Below are positions 1 through 17,652 of a stretch of DNA of 64,000 nucleotides, one piece after another. This DNA is from Eledone cirrhosa (lineage: Eukaryota). Numbering within the stretch: the first letter of the stretch is position 1; each line of letters starts with the position of its first letter. The translations under genes were made by a program, and so were the position numbers. Where the stretch lies: the NCBI GenBank assembly GCA_964016885.1, contig OZ024741.1, positions 377,208,001-377,272,000 of the forward strand, in the 5' to 3' direction. Under the pieces are notes generated by a model that did not search any database, had not been told where the DNA came from, and was given only the letters and a program-made list of their open reading frames with translations.

Positions 1-519
1 TGAAAGATAGTAACTATTTTCGCACTCCTTTTATAAATCTCATTCATATTTATTAAACCAATAGTCACACAATCTGATGGATGTGGAGGCCAAATATGTC
101 AGAAACCACTTTCTATCATCTTGCAAGTATAATATGTTATGGAGTGTCATATACTGGATGAATTGATTGAAAACACTGTATGAAGACGCGGTGAAGAAGA
201 GTCTGCTTTACAAGTATACGAGTGTAAAGAAAAACAAATCACTGAAAGCATAAAGGGTTTATGAACTTAACCCAATTAATGAGCACCCCAAATATTTGAA
301 ACACTACTCATATCCAGTTTATAAATGAAACGTTTTGATTTTATGCAATGATTGCTTTCATTCAAATGGAAGTTTCACAAAGAGTATCGTCAAACAAAAA
401 CGTGTTTTACCCAACAATCTGTATACATTTTAAAACTTTTACTCAGGGTGTTATTTGAATTTGGGTCGCAATGGTATTTACATACTTGATCTCGAACTCA
501 GTATCAGTCGACAGTACCC

Positions 520-990
520 ACTTTATCTTGTAAGTCGAGAGGGACAACGTCAATACTTACGCTCTGACCTGGATTTCTTTTACTGTATGGGCATTTATGG
601 ATGTCGGTGGGTTCATAATAGAGAACCCATTACTAGATTAGCAGTATAATAAGGCATCATTTATATTTAGTTCGGGATTGCCGTTCCTTCAAAGACTCAT
701 TTCCATGTCAGGTATTCACTACCAACATATGCACTGAGATCTCCTCTTAAGAAATATGACTTATCTATATGATTTCATCGAGGAAGTCTCTCTATTTCGA
801 TCGTTGTTTGGCGCACACACAGACATTTATCACTCAGATTGGGAATTGCAGGTATCCCCAATCCCAATTGAATTGTTGAATTTCCTCCCTCCATTCAAAT
901 TTAGAGTACTAGAACCAGATAACTGTCGATATCTGGCCTCTTCCGCCAATTTCTGCTTCTTACCTGTAGGCTTGTAAAGCTTCAATTACC
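520..990 (-). pseudogene. Degenerate RTE-clade LINE APE endonuclease fragment
   Basis: Minus-strand translation across frameshifts gives TGKKQKLAEEARY, CAPNN and FLRGDLSAYVGSEYLTWK, matching RTE endonuclease motifs (LTGKExELVEEA, YAPN, LLGDFNAHVG). Confidence 0.55.
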
Positions 991-1319
991 AATTCTGGAG
1001 GTTTCCTCTTTTCTAGACCCTCTTTTGGGTTTCGAGGTACGTAATATTTGTGCATGCATCTCATATTCCCCCGGACAGCTGGCAGGCCTATCAACATATA
1101 CTGCAACGTTGGTTTGAGAATGTCAAATAGATTTCGAACATGAGACTCTACCTAAGACCTAAACGCATCCCTTGAAGGTCAGCGCGAAGGACGGTTATGG
1201 ATGAAGGCTTTTAATGCTTCTAAACATGTTGCAGTAATTTGGTGGTCTTATTTACGCCAATCATAGACATAACTCTTGTTAAACTAAGAGAGGTAATGGT
1301 ATTGTCAAATCCAAAGTAT

Positions 1320-2200
1320 ATAACGAAGAGTGTGGGTTTTTGCCACGGAAGCATCACAGCCGACCAAACAGTCAAACTGCGGGAAATCATGGAGCATTGC
1401 CAAGAAATCTAGGTTTGTATCTTAGACATCGAAAAGGCGTTCCATTAGATTTGTTGTTGAATTCTCTTCAAGAGCATGGAATTGTTGGAAAGCGTCTTGT
1501 TGCCTTACAGTCTCTATACAAATGCCGTTGTAATTGTGTTCGGATAATTGGTGCTACGGCGAAAACATTAAATATGGGTGTCGGGCTTAAACAAGGTGTG
1601 TAATGTTACCTTTCTTGTTCATATTATTCATGGACATGATAGACATGCACAACTGAACGGCGTAAATTAAAATCAGTGCTTCGAAGATTTGAGACACTTT
1701 TACCCTGAAGGAAGCTTGCGTACAACACTCCACATGCGAGTGGAATTCCACTGATACAGGTAGAAATTTCCAGTATCTCGGCGCCATGTTCATGAGTGAG
1801 TAAAGACAGAGGGCAGGAAATACAGAAGCTGTTGCTAGCTTTAACATTCCGTAACCAGATGACAGGGAAATGTGTAAAAACCAAACACACTTAAATTCGC
1901 TATTTGAGCCAACCCTTTCCTAACGCCATGTGTCTTGGTTAATGACCGAAATAATATGATCGCGAATACAAACGTTGAACATTGGGTTATTCGCAAAACA
2001 CTTTGAAGTATATTTACTATAGAGTGCATAGCTCAGAGGTCGGGTGTCACTTCATATACAGCCACTGCTTCTCTAATTTGAGGGATCACAGTTCCGATAC
2101 TACGGAATGTGGTCTGAACGTCTAGGCAAATAATCTGGACAGAACCTGCGGGCAAAACCGACCGAAGCAAACCCAAACCTGGATGCTAAGAAAGAAGAAG
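1320..2200 (+). pseudogene. Degenerate RTE-clade LINE reverse transcriptase/3' fragment
   Basis: Frame-broken motifs EECGF..ITADQTVKLREIMEH, LDIEKAF, GLKQG, LPFLFILFMD, FQYLG; many stops and frameshifts. Confidence 0.65.
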
Positions 2201-2624
2201 ACATTTTCAATCCTTTCAGACATTAGGAAAAAAACACCCGTACTGTGGTATCAGCTTAAAAGAACGTTGTCTGTTATATTTACCCGACATAAATATTTAA
2301 ACTCCGTACATAATTATCGATCCGATTTTGTCGAACCGTTGAAGAGTGGGAACAAATATGATTTGCAATATATAAATATATAATTTATATGTAAATAGAA
2401 ATCGCAGAAATAATCTTGATTGTAAACAATATTTAATGTATTCTGACATTTAATGTCACATATCTCTGTATATTAATAATTCTCTAATTAAAATCTATTT
2501 CCACAATAACTTTGAAAAGTTAGTTATTCAAGCGCTCTGAAATGCAATGTATTGATAGGAAATAGAGAATAATATGTTTCCATCTCATAGCAGCAGATTT
2601 TCCTTTCATGCCACATGTCTGGTC

Positions 2625-2755
2625 ACACTTCAGTAATCCAGTACAACTTGTTCATGGTCGGGTTGTCGGTGATGAAAGTGGCAACCCCACCAAATTTGCT
2701 TGGTGAGGAGGGTGAATTTGGATGTCCTGCAGGGTGAAAAACAAAACCCGTCAAA
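2625..2755 (+). repeat. Dispersed repeat fragment, homologous to 35175-35310 (opposite strand); likely RTE 5' UTR-derived
   Basis: catggtcgggttgtc..ggcaaccccacc..cttggtgaggagggtga..tcctgcagg..aaaaacaaaacccgtcaa matches the reverse complement of 35175-35280. Confidence 0.6.
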
Positions 2756-3561
2756 TTTATATTTGTTGCTGGGCCGGCAACCGCTCTGTGTGGTAATGAT
2801 TTTAAACAGCTCATAAACATAATTGGTATTCGATACGAATCCAGCTTCTACAGCCAAAAGAAAGGGATATATACTCTTGATAACAGCTAAAAAATGAGAA
2901 ACGATCCTCGGTTATTTTCCTTTGTTTTTCTGAAGCTATGTATGCGGCTATAGTCAATAACTTAAATTCATATGGAAATACCGTCAACATTTTTAAAAAT
3001 AAACATACAGTATATTTTTAATGTCAGTGCTGCCGCCTCGTGGTAGCGACTTCAAAGTTGAGAGGGGAGATAACACAAAACTAGCAACAAGCATCATTGT
3101 GAACACAGAACAAATAGGAATTACAAACATATGATTCAAGACCAAAATTGGCAACCCCACCAACAACATGAACAACAGCAACAAGAACTACAACGTAAAA
3201 TGGGAAAAAAACAACAAAACAACGGCAACAACAACACCAACTGCAACAGCGATGACAAGAAAACCCAAAACAACGAAGAGTAAAACGAAGGCGATCAGCC
3301 AAAAATGACCACCAGCAATGACAACACCAAAATCCCGAAAAAAACATATTTCGAAGTGGACATTTCGGACAAGGAACAACAATAGGCTGGCTAAATTTAA
3401 GGGAGAGGCATGGACTTCCTGAATACCCTCGAAGCATCGGATGATTCAGGATTGGTAGGGTATATATGGGGAATATGCATTGTTGTATTTTTCTTGTTTA
3501 TTGTTATTGTTTTATATTTTATACTCGATTTTTGTGTTAAAAAAAGCCTTTCCTCCCTTAT

Positions 3562-4440
3562 TGAGCAACTAAACCGTGAATGGAAGGCAAAACCACTACA
3601 TGGTACATTCCCAGAAGGAATTTCTGGCAATAATATCGATAAGCATGGTTCACTATCCTGGCTCAGAGGTTCTGATTTGAAAGCAGAGACTGGGGGACTC
3701 TTAGTTGCTGCACAAGTCCAGTCTCTAAACACTCGGACCTAAACACATAGATAATAGTCAAATCCCATACTAGCCCTCTTTGCAGAATATGCTACAAACA
3801 TGAATAAACGATAGTTCATGTTATCCAAAGGTGTCCAGAGCTGGCAAATCTGACTATATCGAAAGGCACAACCACATTGCCAAATATGTGCACTGGATGC
3901 TCTGCCGCTCTCATGAGAGCCAAACTTCTAACAAATGGTATGAACATCAACATAAATCAGTCATGGTAAAAGGTAACATATCCATCTTGTTGGATATGCC
4001 TGTCATAACCGAAGAAAAATCGCTGCCAACAGGCCAGATATCATCATAAAATACAAAAGAGATTGGATATGTTGCATTATAGATATTTCCGTACTAGCTG
4101 ACAAGAATACATTTATAAACACAATTGAAAAACTGTCAAAATTCAAAGACCTGTAACTAAATATGAACCGCATGTGGAGGATGACTTCAAACACTACCCT
4201 TGTGGTAATAGGAGCATTAGGATTAACACCCACATCCTCAGAGATGCACCTTAACGTCCTTTCCTGCAAGATCAAGAAATATGAGCAACAGTAGAGTGGG
4301 CTACGAGAAACAACACATACTCTCAGACGACATTTCTCTCTACAATGACAACTCATATTGCCCGAGGTTCAGGCCCTAGACCCAGCAATAGAGAAACAGA
4401 CCTGAGCTAAATGAAATAACACAATAACAATAATAATAAT
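3562..4440 (+). mobile_element. 5'-truncated R4/Dong-like non-LTR retrotransposon (restriction-like endonuclease type), 3' end
   Basis: WKAKPLHG..SWLRGSDLKAETGGLLVAAQVQSLNTR, CCHC knuckle CRICYKHE*TIVHVIQRCPEL, RHNHIAKYVHWMLC, and NRPDIII..IDIS..EKLSKFKDL (PD-(D/E)xK); ends in an (AAT)n tail; frameshifted. Confidence 0.85.
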
Positions 4441-5678
4441 TATTATTATTATGATTGTCATTGTTTTTCCTTTTCTTTCAGTATTGTTTCTCTTATATGA
4501 GGATTGTCTTCCTAACATCTAGGGCAAATAGACTCACCGTATACATTGGTAAGGCAGTTAACACACCACATTGATTATAATTTACAGCTTTAAAATACAA
4601 CATATACATACATTTATATATATATATATATATATAGATTTATACTCACACACATACACATCACATACACACACGTACACATACATACACACATATCACA
4701 TCCACACATAGAAAGCATTGTTATTCTCACCTTTATCATCAGTATCCTCATCATTACAAATTGTCTTATTTTCATTTAAACCATCTCAACGTTATCTACT
4801 AGAGTTATATGCACCGTCGGTATGTGAACTGTTTCTTTTAAATCTTGTTTTTATTGTAATGAATGCAAACTTTGTAATATGTCTGCAATGCCTAGCACCG
4901 CTTTTTTCAGAATGTTAACGTATTTGTATGTTTCTGACGATGAGGCCAAAATATATAAGGAGCAAAAGTAGGCAGATAGCCAGATAATTATTTACATATA
5001 TACATATACATGCATGCAGAGGCTTAATTTTGTAGCTGGGTCAGTGTACCTTTGTTTGTCACAATCTGCATTTGAGGCCAAACCGCCAAATACGTCCTTC
5101 CGATGTGGAACATAATTGGCAGATTTTAGAATCTAACTACTGATAACAATAGAATCATAAAACTTCTTAAGGTAGCCTCACTTCGATGAGTGAAGCCAGC
5201 AAAACAAAGGTCATTTAATAGAAATACTTAGATAGTTCGAATACATATAAAAATATAGTTTATATTTATATTGCCTTATCTTCTGTCATCTTTTACCGAC
5301 AGCATTCAATGATAATATGCTTTCTTCCTTGGCACGAATGTTCTCTGTTTCATCTCGTCATTTTCCAACATATATCCTATTCACAACACACACGAATATC
5401 GGTTGGCTGGTTACACGAAAACTACACACATACACCCACTCACATATACATACATATACATCTAATGAAGCTATTATACCGAGAGAGGTACAATATATTT
5501 AGATAGAGAGAGAGACAGAGGTAGAGATAATGGCGATGAATGCTGGTTTACACACACGCACATACACACATACCTACGCACATGCACATACACACACGCA
5601 CACACGCACACGCACACACACACACGCACACGCACACACACGCATGCACACATGCACACATACACACATATATATATA

Positions 5679-5740
5679 TAATTGTTTCTACATTTGGCTC
5701 AAGGCCAGCAATTATCCCAGTGTATTACTGGTCCTTTATA
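5679..5740 (-). mobile_element. SINE 3' fragment (same family as 13906-14103)
   Basis: Reverse complement of taaag.accagtaatacactggg..ttgctggccttg.gccaaa.gtagaaacaatt. Confidence 0.65.
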
Positions 5741-6148
5741 TATAATGAAACATTCATAGGGAGAGATAGACCTGCGCGTTCTTGGTTGTTCTCCATTCTC
5801 TAGAGAGAGGGGGGCATAAGAGAGACAGAGGGTATGAGACAAAAGAGAGAGACGAGTTGAGACAGAAAGAAAGATAGTGATGGGGGGGGGGACTGATAGC
5901 AGCGTTCGATAACTTTAACTTTTATATATTTATTTATTCTTTACACACTGTTCCAATCTTCCCTTTCCTCAACATTACGTATCTTTCTCTCTCTCTCTCT
6001 CATTCACAGAAGACGGACTGTGGCTGTGTCTGTGTCTGTGTGTGTGTTGTCTGTGTGCCCGAGGTAGTTACGATGTCCGCACTGACACACACACACACAC
6101 ACATACAAACACGCATCAATATAGAGATGACAAAGACAGTGACTAGAA

Positions 6149-6183
<35 letters not shown>

Positions 6184-6231
6184 AATAAAAATGGCGTAGG
6201 CATTACAATACAACGGGAGGAAATATAATAG

Positions 6232-6282
6232 TACCATTGATGACGTCACAGATGTGTGACGAAAGAAATGTGATCGTATGTA
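6232..6282 (+). ncRNA. Degenerate type I hammerhead-like motif
   Basis: tacca-TTGATGA-c-gtcac/agatgt/gtgac-GAAA-gaaatgtgatcg-TA-tgta. Stem II is perfect; C3>U, and stems I and III are imperfect. Confidence 0.35.
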
Positions 6283-6427
6283 TATATTTATATCTGTATT
6301 TTTAATCGTTGCTCAATGAATGATAAACATTGATTGCCAGCTAATTTAACAATGGAGATATAAAAGATGCAGAAACGAAAACCAACACACACCAAACAGT
6401 GAGTCCAAGAATAACAATATATGTATG

Positions 6428-7613
<1,186 letters not shown>

Positions 7614-7913
7614 TATAGAGTAAAGCATGTCCAGAGAAATATTTGATAATATATATACATCATCTCTACTCCCAATCAGCATAATTAACCACACAAAAAA
7701 TCAATTAGACCAGGCTATAAGAATAAAAGACATATGTGAAGAAGCAGTAAATAAATACGCCAACGCGGCGTCTTCGCGTACAACCGCTATTGAATATTTA
7801 CACAACATTTCAACAGCACGTGGAAATTGATTAAATATACGGTCAACCATATATAATTAGGTAAACATTAATGTTAGAAATGCATATATACATACAAGGA
7901 TTATATCACTAAA

Positions 7914-7970
7914 TCCCGACCCAAGAGTTTCGTTCAGGATAATACTCGAGCTTTAGAGCTCTTCAGGGGA
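7914..7970 (-). ncRNA. Type I hammerhead ribozyme motif in a PLE pLTR-like relic (~7615-8020)
   Basis: Minus strand: tccc-CTGAAGA-gctc...gaac-GAAA-ctcttgg-GTC-ggga. Stem I tccc/ggga, short stem III, stem II partly decayed. Confidence 0.6.
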
Positions 7971-8509
7971 CACACTCGCTAGGACATATTATTTTCCGAA
8001 GTGGCCCCCGCCAAACACGAATTCAAAATGGTTGAGAACTGTGACGGCGACAGCAAGCGGTGTGGAGCGCTAGGGCACGCAAAGGCACTTCAGACGCCGT
8101 GGCAATCAACTGCAGTCAAGGAAGTCCCTGGGCGTGACAGTCCTCTCTACCACGGGATTCTGGCTTCTGCGGTCGAGTGATTGGGACCGTCACTGTGCAC
8201 TGGCCCTCCCACTATAAACCTTTTCCCGCACAGGTTGCTTCTTTAGCGTGCACTCCCAAAGCCCTGCGGCGATGTGAAGGGACGGGTAGAGGTCACTGAG
8301 GCTCGTGAAAGGAGGAGAAAGGCATAAACAGTTTCTCCAAGCGATTCCATTCTCTTCCCCTGCCCTCACTGTCCTCCGACCTGCAAGTCAAGGATCGGCC
8401 TCCACAGCGATCTTCGTGCCACGACACACGGGAACTAAAGTAAATAAGATGTCATCATCGTTTAGGATGGACAACCAAGATATGTATATATATATATATA
8501 TATATATAT

Positions 8510-8835
8510 TATCAGAACAAATAAACTGTTAAAGTTTAAGCAGAAACTCGCTGCTTTCACCCTTAACGGGATCTTCTGTATCTAAAAAAAATAAATATAT
8601 ATGTGGACGCAGCAGTAAATATTTAGGAAAAAGCTACAACCGAAGGAAAAGTTTGGTTCGTGAAGACGTTCCCCGGCAATGAATGGAAAACAAGCGAGGA
8701 TAATTATGCCATTTTGTGGAGCGGTGAGAACGATTTGGTGCAGAGACAAAAACATATACATGGTATAACTGGAGACGTTAGACTAATATTCTCTTTAGAA
8801 AAGGAGGATGACTCTCGGCTCCGGACTCTAATAAT
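8510..8835 (-). repeat. Dispersed repeat (homolog of 61760-62290) with hammerhead-like motif at ~8533-8585
   Basis: Reverse-complement similarity over ~320 bp. Motif CAGAAGA-tccc/gttaa/gggt-GAAA-gcag..ctgc-TT. Confidence 0.6.
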
Positions 8836-8915
8836 AATATAAATACAATATACTTATATATATATATATTGCATACATACATATATACACATATACTCGC
8901 ACACATACACATACA

Positions 8916-8967
<52 letters not shown>

Positions 8968-9031
8968 TAAAGGTATATATATATATGCATGTATATATAT
9001 ATATATGTATACACATATATATGCATATAAG

Positions 9032-12346
<3,315 letters not shown>

Positions 12347-13905
12347 TTGTGTTTGGGTATGTATGAATATATAACTATCATTTTATACAAACTTCGTCTA
12401 CATTTTCTTTCTAATTAGTTGTTTACTATAAGTCCATCCATTATATCAGCTTTTTCCTAACGTTTTATCATAGCGTTTTCAATATATATTCCTGCCTCGA
12501 ATATCTAATGTGTCCAATATGTCATGTGTTTGAGACTATACCGACCGACTGATGTCCGTATAATTGTTTGTTCGTAGCTGTCTTCTGAAAAACATATGTA
12601 TTTTAAGTGCATTGCTGAATGATTTCCATAGAAACTTTCTTACAAATTTCGCGGAAACATGTTTTAGGTAATACCTATATATATTGTACTAGAGAGTTTT
12701 CCCTCAGAATAATTTCATGTAACCTTTATTGGACATAAATCACGTTTGACGGTGGGAAAATGTTTCGGAAAGATGGTTAGTGTTTCTGAGTTGAAATCGG
12801 CTAAAAGAAATAATGTATAAAGCTTGTGACGTCAGTCAATATCTGCTATACGTAATAACGTTTTAAATATTTCTTACTTTTAAAGTTCATTCCTTAATTT
12901 ACTTTTTTCCTTTGCAAGTTATTCTATGTGTAGGGTAACCTTCCTTATCGTAATTAAATAAGACATGCTCGCAATCATATTCGTTGCTTAGTGTATAGTA
13001 AAGTATTAAATTCTCCATATGCAATATACTTGGTAAGGCAAATGTTTTGTTCAAGGAAATTGCAATACTTCAGATAGAGTGAGAAAATAACAAAATACAT
13101 GAAAAAATCAAACAAAATAAAATTGTGTTCATAAGTGTGAAATCAATGTGAAAAAATATCTTTAATAATAAATGTATTATAATAGAAATATAAGGTAGCG
13201 TTACTATTTAAATGTACTACACCATTAATGGTATGAGCGATAAACCAGACAGACAGTTAAATGCACTGGATATAGAAAAGAATGTCAACAAGGTTTCATA
13301 CTGATATTTTTTATTATAATAAAAAATGAAATTTTCTCATTTGAGAAATACATTTCTTTCACCGAGAGTAGACTTCCTTGGATCAGACATTTGTTTTCCA
13401 TCTAAGAAGCATATATTTTCAAACAAACTGATTATTGATACATGGCTGATATGAGTGGATCAACTCCAATAATGCGATTCCCCTACTAACACCATAATTT
13501 TTTAAGTATTCTATCACAATGTATGCTGAAATACCATATTAAATCATATATTTATACATGTACGTGTGTGGGGTAAAAAGTCATAGGCTGACTATGAAGG
13601 AGTAAGGCAAGAGCTGTGAAATCCGGTGTGCATGAATTTCAAATGCTTTTTATTTATAACTGCATTGTTTCTTTCCTTGTACCATGTTAAAAAATAAAAC
13701 CTCATTTGGTCATTCCATAAAATAAACTTGGTCAGCTTATGAACTTTCTAGACACCCATCGAATAGTTGATGTTAAACTGAATCTAGATATACACCCCGG
13801 CTATAATTAAACTAATTTGTTGTAGAATGACAGGAAATTATCAATAATAAATAATTCCTATGGCCTTTGAAGCACACAATGATTATATTATCCTTAGCTG
13901 CGAAG

Positions 13906-14103
13906 GGCGGTGGATTGGCAGTATCGGTAGAGCGTCAGTGAAGGCACCATGCTTTTCAGCGTTGAGTTATGACCCTTTACGTCCTTAGTGTACCTCCATC
14001 GAGGTTAACTTTTGGCTTTCATCCTTTCGGGGTCGATAAAATAAAGCACCAGTAATGCAGTGGGTCATTTGCTGGCCTTGTGCCAAAAGTAGGGACAATT
14101 ATT
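13906..14103 (+). mobile_element. tRNA-type SINE, near full length
   Basis: A-box-like tggcagtatcggtagagcgtc, central gctttcatcctttcggggtcgataaaataaagcaccag, tail gctggccttgtgccaaaagtag..acaattatt; six copies or fragments in the window. Confidence 0.8.
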
Positions 14104-14568
14104 TTTTGTTGTGAAGATACTTGACCTGATAGTTATAGTGTCGGTTTTATGATTGTAAGTGTAGTTCGATGTAGGTATAAATGTCGACGGTCTTTGTGAT
14201 AAAGAAACGCTTATGAAGAATTAATAAGCTCTGAATTTTATCAATGTTTGTATGGAAAAAATGTAATTCAAACATAGGAATTCAAGAAGCACAACAACAG
14301 AAAAATAGGTTATAACATATGTTATACGTTTAACCAAAAGAACACCGAAATAATACTAAACTTATCAATCCTAATAAGTGACGAAATCATGAGACACGCT
14401 CCGCAGAATATCCGTGTATAAAACGTAAAAACAGACAAAAATCTTAAAGATGATTGGGACATGTAAAATTGCATAACAGAACAATGATCCAGAAATTATT
14501 AATTGCAGCCGACTGAGTATGTAGTATGCAGCTATCTGGTCTTAATGTCTCTTAAATAAGAACCTATC

Positions 14569-14795
14569 TTAAACTTTTAACATTCACATCAATCTATAAT
14601 TACCATTGTATTTTCACAAAAAATGATTTATCTCACAAAATTTTCACACATAATATCCAATATATGATATTTTGATATTATCTATTTTGAGAATAATACT
14701 TTAATATCGGTATGAGTGGCTGATTACGACCGATTTGAACAGAAGGGGTGAGATAATTCTGTCTGGATTTGGCGGTTTAAATGCTGAAGGGTTAA
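14569..14795. mobile_element. Degenerate TTAA-flanked MITE (piggyBac-type)
   Basis: Right end aatgctgaaggg|TTAA; left end TTAA|acttttaacatt is a decayed inverse (8 of 12 positions). Confidence 0.4.
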
Positions 14796-14799
14796 AATG

Positions 14800-14905
14800 T
14801 GTTCGTGGTTTAGTGGTTAGACAATTGTGTTCGCAATCCTGAGGTTGTGACAGGGCGATGGGTTATGTCCTTGAGCAAGGCACTTTATATCATGTTGCTC
14901 CTTCA
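14800..14905 (+). mobile_element. Second tRNA-derived SINE family, 5' fragment
   Basis: A-box-like gtggtttagtggttag followed by tgtccttgagcaaggcacttta, a motif common in metazoan SINE central domains. Confidence 0.55.
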
Positions 14906-15000
14906 GGCTGGAGTTTCGAGCGATAGATAATATTAGCAATTGGAAAGACTAACGGAAACATTTCATGATTTGAAGAAGGGCGATCGACTATGTATATATG

Positions 15001-15084
<84 letters not shown>

Positions 15085-15089
<5 letters not shown>

Positions 15090-15483
15090 GAATATAAAAG
15101 AAAGACGTACACATAATATACTTAGAAGTGTCTAGGATACCAATTCTTCACCCACTGATGAGCAAGAATTTGCATTCCTTTTCACAATTAATTTTGCGAA
15201 ACAGCATTACCAAATCTATCTGGGTGACTGGTAGTTACCACAATTCCGGTTTGTATTTAATTTCTTGATTTATTCTTAAATTGAGTCAGGCAAACCCTAT
15301 TGTCTATAGTTAGTACACTTTTCACCTTACCGAATCTGGCCCCTTAAGATTTGAACACATATATGTATATATATGTGTTCGTCTTTCCTTTATATTCAAT
15401 TATAATATACGGCTCGGAAAAATCTCTTTCCTAGAACTATCATATTGTAAGAAACTATTTTGAGTTTCTAACTCATATACCAT

Positions 15484-15490
<7 letters not shown>
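15085..15490 (+). mobile_element. Solo pLTR / retrozyme-like non-coding element with short inverted 5' copy, in (TA)n
   Basis: 15085-15114 is the inverse of ~15372-15403; contains an HHR; bounded by TA tracts. Confidence 0.65.
15148..15227 (+). ncRNA. Type I hammerhead ribozyme motif
   Basis: tcaccca-CTGATGA-gcaagaatt...aattttgc-GAAA-cag..cta-TC-tgggtga. Perfect 7-bp stem I, good stem II, one mismatch in stem III. Confidence 0.8.
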
Positions 15491-15528
<38 letters not shown>

Positions 15529-17652
15529 TTATGTTGAACCTTATATTCGTCAAACAAATGTGGAATCCTATGTATATTGACTATCCAACACATAAGGATT
15601 TGAACTTATTTAGCTACGGTTAGTACTACTATTTGCAAACGTGTATCAAATTAAGGTAAAACAAATCAATAAATGATAATAATAATTCCATACGTGAAGC
15701 CAATTGAGTTTTGTCAACGATGTGTACTTTATGAATTTCAACGTCATTGAAAACAGAAACATGCGTTCTTTATTTGTTTGTAATATTTTCAATAAAATGC
15801 TTCTGCTGTCAAAGAGATTTATTCGCAATACGTCTTGAATTAAAAAAAAAAAATCTTTGAAAACTGTTACGTATGTATGAATTAAAGACATTTTGAAAAC
15901 TAAATTTGCATTGAATATGATGTTGAAAAGTTAGATATGTATTGCAAATGCGCCTAGCAAAACAAGCTAGATTCTGAGATTTTTTTAAATATAATAGAAG
16001 TAAAATCATTGATATTTATGGCAAGAGGTAGGTTGATATATTACCAGAAACATCACCTTATAAATGAAAAATATGAAGATATTGTTTTGATACAATATAT
16101 TGAAAATGAAATGTTATAAAATAAAGAAAGTTTGGGGAAGATTTATAGTCATGTCTTAAATAAACAATCAGTTTGAATAGTAGTATGAAATACTTAAAGC
16201 ACAATAGAATAATATGGAAAACAAAATACGATAATTCCATTAAAAGGAATAACATGTGAAAGCAAATCTTGGATCTGTCAAAAAATATGCATTTTTAATT
16301 GAGTTAACTTTAAAAAATGAATTGGATGAAAAACAGCTTTAGACATGTTTTTGTATACATTGTATATGAATGCTGTATACATGGGACCGTGTACGTGAGA
16401 GTGAGAAATAGAGAGAATTGGATTATATTCAATATTTGGTAAGTGTGCTCTCCATTAGGTAAATCCCTAACATATTTAACGTGAACAATATAGCAATTTC
16501 TGAATATCTGGTTTCTCGCGTTTGTCATCTCTTCACCGGTGACAACATAACGAGGATAAAAGAAATAGTGCCAAAGCAGGCATTTTGTTTTTCGAATCAT
16601 TATACAGTATCACAAATTGAATCGCGAGATCTACTAAGTTTCTGCGTCAGAAGGAAACCTACATTGTCAAATTCTCTCCCTTTGGTTGATAGAAATAGTA
16701 TTGAAATAAATGGAGAAATTTGACGTCCGGATATATGGATCAGTTGATTGTTTAGAGTTCGAACTTTCTGGCATGTCAGATACTATTTCTCGAAATGACG
16801 GTTATCTCTGAATATATTGCTCTTGGCATTGGGATGGTAGTCTAGAGGTTTTCGTCTTTTTGTATTGACGCTTTTCATTTTCATTTATCAGTTAGTATAG
16901 TCATTAAGTGTCTCAAACATCACACTTAATATTGTAGAATTGTTTATCAAACCATGAAGTAGTCTGTATCAGATTTCTTAAAGATAACATGGGGGAGTAA
17001 TATCTATATTTAAAATTACATTGAATTGATCCAATATATCGTTGTCCATATGCTGATGGTTATGGCATTTTATACGGCCGATTTGAATTTAACTACATCG
17101 GTTTTTCTATGAGGTACTCAGAAATGTTTATCGGCGATTCTTCTATATCGGTATTTAGGTGGAAAATGCAATAATTCCATATTCACTATCAAACTAAATT
17201 CAGATGGATTATAATTTACGCAAATACTATTACAATTTAGTGAATTTGATAATAAATGTATTGGCATTTCACGAGACAAATGATGCACCAAATGCCGAGA
17301 TGGCATGCTTTGTGTGAAATAGATGGCTACTTTGTTACATTATACTCCGCGTGTAGTCTCATATTTAACATTACTTAATTTCAAATTCATATGATTCCCA
17401 AAAGCACAAAATATAATAGTTTTATATTTTGAAATATTTTAAATTTCATCCAAAATGTATATATTGATTGTTTCAACAATATCAAAGTATATGTCCTTAT
17501 TACAAATTTATCTTCATCTAATAGAATTCTTAGATATTTTGATGGAATTACAGGTTTTAATGCACCAGGGTTCTGTCTTGAACCTCACAATCCTTCTTTA
17601 TACATTCACCATTGGGGAGTTAAGTAAATTTCATTATTGCTGTTTACAAAGA

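Noticed and set aside
3020-3400. Hydrophobic or Cys-rich ORFs resembling membrane proteins
   Set aside because: Antisense translation of degenerate (CAA)n sequence.
4925-4990. CTGACGA followed by possible stem, as a hammerhead
   Set aside because: No GAAA box or pairing stems I/III downstream.
13906-13990. tRNA gene
   Set aside because: Only an A-box-like head with a decayed B box and no cloverleaf; it is the SINE head.
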